DNA of 64,000 bases from an uncultured Deferribacteres bacterium (lineage in GTDB: Bacteria > Zhuqueibacterota > Zhuqueibacteria > Zhuqueibacterales > Geothermadaptataceae). Of this stretch, positions 57,144 to 64,000 are shown piece by piece (position 1 is the stretch's first letter; each line of letters begins with the position of its first letter). The stretch lies in contig CAXHAT010000002.1 in NCBI GenBank assembly GCA_964014485.1, positions 1 through 64,000 on the forward strand. The letters are read 5' to 3'. The notes beneath the pieces were generated by a model. That model saw only the letters and a list, made by a program, of their open reading frames with translations, was not told where the DNA came from and ran no database searches. A program made the translations under genes and the position numbers.

Positions 57144-59996
57144 CTATTTTCTTGCGGTCAGCCGAAAAGTCAACCTGTTTTGCTGATCGGTTCTAATTCT
57201 GAGGTTTTTGGTGCTGGCCTCATAGCCCGGCTTAATAACGGTGAATTGATAATTGCCTGGAGGTAATTCGCCAATAACCGCCCCGGCCGGATCGGATACG
57301 CCAAGCTGCTGCTCTCTCTCCTGAGCCCCCCGAATTTTGTACAAAACCTGTGAAACGTTGACAGGTTCGTTGCTGTTATCGTCAACGATAAAAATGGAAA
57401 TGGCCGCCGTTTCCGGCTTCATTCGCGCCACAATCGTTTTGGCGTCGGGCGGAATCTGGACATAAGTGTCTTTGTGCCCTTTTTTTCGGAGAACAGCCGT
57501 GTAGCGCAGCGGCAGCAGGGTGACGTCGGTTGGCGTCGTTTCGTTGAATTTGGTTGAATTGTCGCGAGAACGCAGTTCAACCAAAGTTGCTTCAAGATCG
57601 CTGTCATCGCCGCTGTTTGCGTCTTTCGCAAAAATGCGAACCACCCGTGAAAGACTTTCCGTGAGTTCAACAGGCGTGTTTTGATCGACGTCCAGGCTGA
57701 AACGGCGCGGCAAATAACCGCCCTTGCGCAGCGTAATCACATGCTGCCCAACGGTCAAAAACAATGACCCGCTCAAGCCGGTAATACCGACGGGGCGCTC
57801 ATCTTCGTCGAGATAAATTTCAGCGCGCGCCGGATTGGAGTTTATCGTAATGCCTTTTCTGAACACGCCTTCGATGGCAAAATGATCTTTGGTGTTGTCG
57901 AGACGCTGAAATTTCCAGAAACGACGGTCGCTGATGGTTTCAGCTCCCTGAACGCCGTCGATTTCCATGCCTTCAAGGGTCGGAAAACCTGGGCGCGACA
58001 TGCGGATGCGCATCGGTTCTTCCGACACGTCCCAATAAACTGTTGTCGGCGTTTGCTGCGCCAATTTCACTTCGTTAATAAAAACGTCCGCCCCGGGAGG
58101 TTGTGAAGAAAGCTCCAACTGCGCTTTGAATTTAAACACGTACGGCGTACTCGCACTGCGAGACTCTTCTCCGGCAATCTTGAGTTGTTCACCTTGCCCG
58201 GGAACAGTAATCGATTTCACGATGGGATCGAAGCGCGGAATCGTCAGCATGAGTTTGTGAACGCCTGGCGTGATTTCTTCGATTCTCAGCGGAGTCGTTT
58301 GTTGCAAAGGTTTGTCATCAATGAAGACTTGCGCTCCGGCGGGGACAGATTCGATTTTGATAGCCGGGGGAAAAATCGTGTCGTAAATCGCGACGCCGAA
58401 GGGTGTGAATTGCATAAACGCGTCCGCTGCAGCGAAGCCAATAAACAGAGTCAGCAGGGAAAACAAGCCGATCAAAAGGCCGCGCTTGTGCGAGCGTGCG
58501 GAAAGCCTGACGACGTCAATAATCGTCTTTAATTCTTCATCTTCACCCTCGTCAGCGACGCCGACGTCATTTTTTTGTTCGGGCATGATCGTATAAAATG
58601 AAGAAACAGGCTCCGCGCTTTGAGCGTTTTCCGTTTCCAAGACTTCAACGACCGGTTCGTCTTCGACAGGCGGCGCTTTCTCTTTTTTGGCGCGTTTGGG
58701 TTTTGCCTTTCTACCTTTTGATTTTGGAGCGTCGTCCGTTTTCGTTGAAGCGCTTTTTTCAGAATCTTGATTCATTTGCCGGGTCAGCTTTTCCACTTCC
58801 GTGGTTTGCGTCGCCTCTTTCAGCTCAACCTTTTCTTGCGATTGCTGACTTTCAAGTTCATTCACGGCTTGATCTGAAATTTCGATCAAGTCTTCCAATC
58901 CGTCATTGGTCGCGCCTGCGGGAACGGCGTTTTCTGTTTTCTTAGCTGTCTTGGCGCGCGTTTTTTTCGCACTGCGGCGCTTGGAAGATGAAGTTGTTTT
59001 GGCGCTTTGCGCTTTTTTGCGAGTCGGCGGCTTTTTCTTTGGTTCCGCCTTTGTGGGGGGCGCCGTGTCCTCAGCCGGAGCCGCTGCGCCGACAAATTCG
59101 GAAAGCTCTTGTACAAAATCTGATGCCGGAGCCGTCATAATCAAGTGGTGCATCAAATCCATGTACATGTGATTAGCGCTTGGGTAACGTTCTTCAGGCT
59201 TGGGAGCAAGCGCTCTTTTAACGGCGTCGCGCAGCTTTTCCGGTGTTTCCAAAGCGTCGAGTTTGGAAACGTCCCATTTGCCGCTTTGAAGTTGCGTGAT
59301 GGTCTCTTGCGGCGATGTGGAAGCGAAGAGCCGTTCGCCGGTGATGATTTCGTACAAAACGAGACCAAGTGAGAAAATATCCGTTCTGCGGTCGGGGTCG
59401 GTTTGACCGTTTAGCTGCTCCGGAGCGAGATAATTGAGCGTGCCTTGTACCGAGATTTCATTTTTTTTCTTAGACTGTTGACGGCGCAAATTCGCCATCC
59501 CAAAGTCGATAATCTTGACTTCGCCGTTGCGCGTAATCATGATATTCGACGGAGAAATATCCTGGTGGACAACGTTGAGCGGCTCATTCGTTTCAGTGTC
59601 GCGCCGGTTATGCGCGAAGTCGAGACCGGCGCAAGATTCCGCGACGATGTAAACGCCCAAGTGCAATGGAATTTGCTTTCCGCTCTTTTGGGCCGATTTC
59701 AGCAGTTGCGACAAATCCGGGCCGTCGATAAATTCCATGATGATATAGAATTGGCCGTTATCGCCGCGCTTGATGTCAAACACATGAACGATATTGTGGT
59801 GATTTAGCCTGGCGATGTGCAGCGCTTCGGCTTGAAACATGTCGATGTATTTTGCTTCTCCCAAAAGCGAGGGATCGACGGCTTTAATAGCCACGGATTT
59901 CCCGAAGAGCAAGTCCGTACCCCGGTAAATGATACCGAAGCCTCCGCGCTTGATCTCTTGTTGAATTTCGTACTTTTCGTCAATGACGGTTGTCAT
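57144..59996 (-). CDS. Membrane Ser/Thr protein kinase (Hanks type) with PEGA domains
   Basis: RGGFGIIY, VAIK, HQDISPSN, DFG, YLAPE; Lys-rich linker; TM helix; SxPxGAxV+I PEGA repeats; start assigned to ATG 59996. Confidence 0.92.
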   Translation of the reverse strand: MTTVIDEKYEIQQEIKRGGFGIIYRGTDLLFGKSVAIKAVDPSLLGEAKYIDMFQAEALHIARLNHHNIVHVFDIKRGDNGQFYIIMEFIDGPDLSQLLKSAQKSGKQIPLHLGVYIVAESCAGLDFAHNRRDTETNEPLNVVHQDISPSNIMITRNGEVKIIDFGMANLRRQQSKKKNEISVQGTLNYLAPEQLNGQTDPDRRTDIFSLGLVLYEIITGERLFASTSPQETITQLQSGKWDVSKLDALETPEKLRDAVKRALAPKPEERYPSANHMYMDLMHHLIMTAPASDFVQELSEFVGAAAPAEDTAPPTKAEPKKKPPTRKKAQSAKTTSSSKRRSAKKTRAKTAKKTENAVPAGATNDGLEDLIEISDQAVNELESQQSQEKVELKEATQTTEVEKLTRQMNQDSEKSASTKTDDAPKSKGRKAKPKRAKKEKAPPVEDEPVVEVLETENAQSAEPVSSFYTIMPEQKNDVGVADEGEDEELKTIIDVVRLSARSHKRGLLIGLFSLLTLFIGFAAADAFMQFTPFGVAIYDTIFPPAIKIESVPAGAQVFIDDKPLQQTTPLRIEEITPGVHKLMLTIPRFDPIVKSITVPGQGEQLKIAGEESRSASTPYVFKFKAQLELSSQPPGADVFINEVKLAQQTPTTVYWDVSEEPMRIRMSRPGFPTLEGMEIDGVQGAETISDRRFWKFQRLDNTKDHFAIEGVFRKGITINSNPARAEIYLDEDERPVGITGLSGSLFLTVGQHVITLRKGGYLPRRFSLDVDQNTPVELTESLSRVVRIFAKDANSGDDSDLEATLVELRSRDNSTKFNETTPTDVTLLPLRYTAVLRKKGHKDTYVQIPPDAKTIVARMKPETAAISIFIVDDNSNEPVNVSQVLYKIRGAQEREQQLGVSDPAGAVIGELPPGNYQFTVIKPGYEASTKNLRIRTDQQNRLTFRLTARK

Positions 59997-60104
59997 AGTT
60001 TTCGCAATCCTCAATACTTCAGCTTTGCTATAAAAGATTGGCCGCTTCCATGTACATTTTCCCGGAGGGTGTTCAGGCAGGCGATAATGCGTGCTTCGCG
60101 CCAA

Positions 60105-60120
60105 AGCAATTAATATGCCA
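60105..60120 (-). promoter_or_regulatory. Putative sigma54 (-24/-12) promoter of the kinase-FHA genes
   Basis: Minus strand reads TGGCATATTAATTGCT: near-consensus with exact spacing. Confidence 0.65.
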
Positions 60121-60417
60121 CTGGTCGTGTGTAGTAGGTTGTTGATTTAAAAGAATTTAAGGCGCCTTGAAAGTTTCTGGATTGACACATCGCAAGAAAC
60201 TTGTATCACGCTGAAACAGGCGTCTTGGATCGGACAATAAGCGTCGCTCGAGCTGATAAAAACAAAGGCCAAAACGGATTTCGCGCCGCCGCGCGCCGAA
60301 CGCCGACTCCAATAAATGACGAGCGGAATGAATTCGCAAAGAGCGCATCCAGGAAGGTTCAACTTTGCCTGTTTTCACCATTAAAATTCGAAGAATCGGA
60401 AGCCGCCCGGAGATGTT

Positions 60418-62055
60418 CTAAGACTCCGTGCGCCGCTCAGCCATTTCTTTTTTCAACGCGTCCTCAAGCACAAGAATGGCTTCATTGTCAGGTTTGCCCG
60501 CCCCAAGGTAGCTGTTTGTGACGATTGTGTTGATTTCAGCAAACCGCCTTGTTTCAAGCTTTAACTTTAGCACTGTTTTATAAATTTTCATCGCTTCAAT
60601 ATCTTCCCTGCCGCTCAAAAGATAAAGATTCGCGAGGGCGGCGTAGAGCTTGAGATTGCCCGGATTCCGTTCCATCGCTTTTTCATAAATGAGCGCCGCC
60701 GCGTGGTAGTTACCGCGCATGGTGTACAGTTTGGCGCGCGCCACAGGCGAAAACGCCGCAAAGATGATCAAAGGAATCATGACGCCGGCGATGACGCCGC
60801 CGCGCAGAATCCAGCCGTCAAAGCCGGTGCTCTGCTCAGGGTGCTTTTCAATTTCTGAGGAGTAAGCGTCGTTAAAGTTGGATTTCGCCGTTTCCATGAG
60901 GGCGTTAACGTCGCGAAAAGCCGTGTCGTGGGAAACGATGATTTCGAGATTCGCTAGGCTTTCTCGCCACTTGTCGTCATCCTGAAAAGCCAATGCTCCT
61001 AGATACAATGAATCCAGATAGGCTTCGGTTGCGGTTGTTTCATCTTGCTCGAGATTCGGGCTTGCGTTTTCCAAAATTTCTTCGCCTTCGCTGGCGAGTT
61101 CTGGAATAAAACCGCTGCTGCTATCGGCGCTGGCAACAAGAGTATCTGGAATTGAAGAAACACTGGATGGCGATTTTTGTGGAACGACGGCGTCGGCAAC
61201 CTTTGCGGAATCCTGTACGCCATCTTGCCCAACCAAATTTTGGGTAGAGTCTGAAACGGCTTTAGAAACAAAAACGGGCGGCTTCTCATGCTTTTTGAGC
61301 CGTTCGTTCTGAGCTGCGGCGCGTCTTGTTTCCAACTGTTCCTTTAAAATCGCATCAATCTCCGCCAGGCGCTCCGTCACGTTGCGGAAATCAGGCTTTT
61401 TCTGGCTGATTTGCAGCAGCAGCGCCTTGGCGCCGTACAAATCCTGAGATTCAATCTTCTGCATTGCGGCGTCGTAAAGCTTCTGCAGTTCTTGCGCAGC
61501 TTTTGTCATGGAAAGCAGATTGTCAAAGTAGCTTCGGTCGCCCGCGTTATAAGCGCGACCGGCTTGCAGTTCAACGATTGCTTCGTCGTACCGCCCTTGG
61601 TTGTATAAAATTCGCCCGCTTTCAAAGCGCGTCCGCGAAAGGAGGGACTTGTCCACGTTGAGGTTGCGAGCTTGTTGGAAAAACTGTAGGGCGAGGTTTG
61701 CGTTGCCAACTTTTGAGTGTAATTTTGCCAGTTGGAAAAGCACTTTATACTGCGTTCGAGCCCCGCTGCCGGGAAAGGCGCTCTTGTGCGCTCTGTTTAA
61801 GTAGATTTCTGCGCGTTTGAAATTCGTCTTTTGCTGGTAAATTGTTGCCAACTCGAGCAGTGCGGCAATATTGTCGGGGTCTGCTTCCAGAGTCTTTTGC
61901 AGCGCATCGATCTTTTTGTTGTCGTCTTTTTTCTTAAGAGCGCGCTCATGTTGCTTCTTGGCGTCGCCGCCCTTTTCTTGAGCTTGCAAAGCGTCGCCCC
62001 ATTGAAACAATATTCCCCCCAAAAGCACTGCTATAACGCCGGTGAATTTCCTCAT
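60418..62055 (-). CDS. TPR-repeat membrane protein
   Basis: Signal peptide, N-terminal TPRs, acidic linker, TM helix (GGVIAGVMIPLIIFAAF), C-terminal TPR. Confidence 0.8.
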   Translation of the reverse strand: MRKFTGVIAVLLGGILFQWGDALQAQEKGGDAKKQHERALKKKDDNKKIDALQKTLEADPDNIAALLELATIYQQKTNFKRAEIYLNRAHKSAFPGSGARTQYKVLFQLAKLHSKVGNANLALQFFQQARNLNVDKSLLSRTRFESGRILYNQGRYDEAIVELQAGRAYNAGDRSYFDNLLSMTKAAQELQKLYDAAMQKIESQDLYGAKALLLQISQKKPDFRNVTERLAEIDAILKEQLETRRAAAQNERLKKHEKPPVFVSKAVSDSTQNLVGQDGVQDSAKVADAVVPQKSPSSVSSIPDTLVASADSSSGFIPELASEGEEILENASPNLEQDETTATEAYLDSLYLGALAFQDDDKWRESLANLEIIVSHDTAFRDVNALMETAKSNFNDAYSSEIEKHPEQSTGFDGWILRGGVIAGVMIPLIIFAAFSPVARAKLYTMRGNYHAAALIYEKAMERNPGNLKLYAALANLYLLSGREDIEAMKIYKTVLKLKLETRRFAEINTIVTNSYLGAGKPDNEAILVLEDALKKEMAERRTES

Positions 62056-62448
62056 GACGCCTCTCTGCTTCGGTATAGCTGTCGTCTTTTTTTGTCATGA
62101 TCCCCAAAACCGGACTTGTAAAACAGACTATTCCGATTACTCTGACTCAGCTTTGTTCAAAATGAAAATGTTGAAGCGCACGGACTGCCTTGCCGTTCCG
62201 TTTAAGTTGGCCCACAAGCAACCGCCCGGCTTTTCCGGCCCGTTTCTTCTTTTATTCGGTTTCAATAAAAGCAAGTAGCGTGAATCCTGGCTTTCATCGA
62301 TTTAAACGTATTGTAGTAAGTACTGAAAAATTGTCGAATTTGCGGTAAGAGAAATGTAATTAATCATAGGAAGAAGGTGGAGTGAGCGCGACCGATTCTC
62401 GACCGCGCTTGTATAAAATGATTCGCCCCCTGCGAAAGGCTTGCCTCA

Positions 62449-64000
62449 CTAAAACGATTGTGAGAAACGAATTATTGCCAGACGGCCAACCTCAGGCGCC
62501 CCGATCATCTCCCTGTGACGGCGATTCAGCAGATTCTGTACTGAGAGCGTGGCCTGCGTATTTTGGAAAATATTGAAATTAGCGTTGAAATCGACCACGG
62601 TATAAGCTTCAATTTCCCCAACAAACGCACCTGAGTTAACCGGAAAACCGTCCACAAAACGGAACCTTACCTGCGCGTTCAGGCCGCGAGTGAAATCGGA
62701 ATAATTCAAGAAAGCGCCTGCCTTATTTTTTGGAGCGTTCAAGGCAATGTCCGCCACGCCGTCGAGGTTCTCGAAAAGGTCGCGGCTGACAAAGGAGTAG
62801 TTGCCGCCAACTCTCCATTTTGGCGAAAGCGACCAGGAAAAGCGGGCGTCAGCGCCAGTCAACCAGATGCTGCCGAAGTTTCGATAGGTCACGAGAACGT
62901 CGTTTTCCGTGGCAAGCTGGGTCGGCGTAAGTACGCCCACCGGAATATTTTCCAGATTGAGCGGCGAAGCGGGGTTGTAGATTTCCGCGACAGTCGCTTG
63001 CGCCGTGCTGCGCGCCAATGCTTCCGGCGTGCCAAGAGCAACCAGACGCTGGACAATGTCTTCTTCAAGCACCGGGCCGACCAATGCCTGGGCCGCATGA
63101 ACTGTCGGCGTAATCACGATCAGCGGACTGACGAAATTTTCGATGTGCGAACGATAAATATCAAAGTCGAAAGATAGTTTTTCGAACAACACGCCCTTGT
63201 AACCGAACTCGAATGAGTTGGTGACGGTCTCCCGGATCGGCTCTGCATCGAATGCGTTTTGGGCAAGATTTCCAGTCACCGGATCGATAAACGCCAGCGG
63301 AACATTTTGACTCAAAGTTTCGGGCAACACGGCGTCAGCCTGCGGATTTGCGGCGACCAAAATGGCGCGCAACTTGGGCCAGACGCTGTTAATGCGCGCT
63401 TCAGAATAGCCGTCAACGGCGTCAAATTGCGAACGCATCTGGGCGCGTCCGTCATTCCCAAGTTCGAAGGAAAACCCGCCTTCTGCGGGAACGCCTTTGA
63501 CGCGAATATTGACGATGTTTTCGCTAAGGCCAAGCGCGGCTTGCAACGGCGCCGGAAGCGGATTGGGAACGCTTTCTTGCAAAAGGTCTAAGAAAAGCGT
63601 GTTGCTGGTCGGCGTGCTGAAGGCTCTGTTAAAAGTGAATCGAAAATTGTTTTGTTGGTTCGGGCGCAGAACAAGCGCGGCGCGCGGTGAAAAAACCGGC
63701 TTTTCAATGAAATTGTGTTCATCGATGCGACCGGCGGCGACAAACCTCAATTTCGATGAAAGATCGAGCTCGGATTGAACGTAAAAGCCAAACTCATTAA
63801 TGCTGTCATTATCTTCATTCTCGCCGTTGATCGTGCGCTCTGTGTTTGGCCGCGTGAGCAAAACGTCCGTTCCCCAAGTGACGCGCCGAGTTTCCCCAAA
63901 CGACAATGCGTGTTGAACTTGAGCGACATAGAGTCGCGACTTGTCCACGATGGGATCGCCCGTGCGCAAAACAAAGGAATCGCCGGCGTTGGTTAAATTG
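62449..64000 (-). CDS. TonB-dependent receptor, C-terminal part (5' end outside the window)
   Basis: GRIDEH, FSPRAAL, NRAFSTP, E.V.SFEFGYK, SVQNLLN, terminal Phe; frame is open to the window edge. Confidence 0.9.
   Translation of the reverse strand, partial: NLTNAGDSFVLRTGDPIVDKSRLYVAQVQHALSFGETRRVTWGTDVLLTRPNTERTINGENEDNDSINEFGFYVQSELDLSSKLRFVAAGRIDEHNFIEKPVFSPRAALVLRPNQQNNFRFTFNRAFSTPTSNTLFLDLLQESVPNPLPAPLQAALGLSENIVNIRVKGVPAEGGFSFELGNDGRAQMRSQFDAVDGYSEARINSVWPKLRAILVAANPQADAVLPETLSQNVPLAFIDPVTGNLAQNAFDAEPIRETVTNSFEFGYKGVLFEKLSFDFDIYRSHIENFVSPLIVITPTVHAAQALVGPVLEEDIVQRLVALGTPEALARSTAQATVAEIYNPASPLNLENIPVGVLTPTQLATENDVLVTYRNFGSIWLTGADARFSWSLSPKWRVGGNYSFVSRDLFENLDGVADIALNAPKNKAGAFLNYSDFTRGLNAQVRFRFVDGFPVNSGAFVGEIEAYTVVDFNANFNIFQNTQATLSVQNLLNRRHREMIGAPEVGRLAIIRFSQSF

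Noticed and set aside
59997..60104. N-terminal extension of the kinase ORF
   Set aside because: It starts right at the sigma54 motif; ATG 59996 has an RBS and immediately precedes the kinase fold.

Overview
Bacterial genomic window with about 40 protein genes, one tRNA-Gly(CCC), no rRNA, no CRISPR array and no transposase or integrase. Gene content (long-form IspG, fused E1 alpha/beta, GWxTD-like protein, FlgD/T9SS-like C-terminal cargo with a PorV/FadL-like barrel, TonB-dependent receptor) suggests an FCB-group diderm such as KSB1 or Calditrichota; that placement is inference. The window is rich in signalling genes: six histidine kinases, a PP2C phosphatase, a Ser/Thr kinase with an FHA partner and a sigma54 activator. 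The best candidate for an undescribed system is 26.5-37.5 kb. It is a four-gene, membrane-free operon: a multi-GAF/PAS kinase, a single-domain receiver, a STAND-like P-loop NTPase fused to GAFs, a histidine kinase and a degenerate receiver, and an NtrC-type activator with a GAFTSA motif. It is transcribed divergently from an archaeal/eukaryotic-type phosphopantetheine adenylyltransferase-like gene, next to a sigma54-type promoter that precedes a G-tract-rich, hairpin-forming putative small RNA. Other highlights: modular, nested, non-autonomous repeats (one terminal-repeat wrapper around different REP doublets, one copy inserted into a second element family) and a sigma54-preceded non-RD kinase / double-FHA propeller trans-envelope module. 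All domain calls come from reading motifs by eye, not from database searches.
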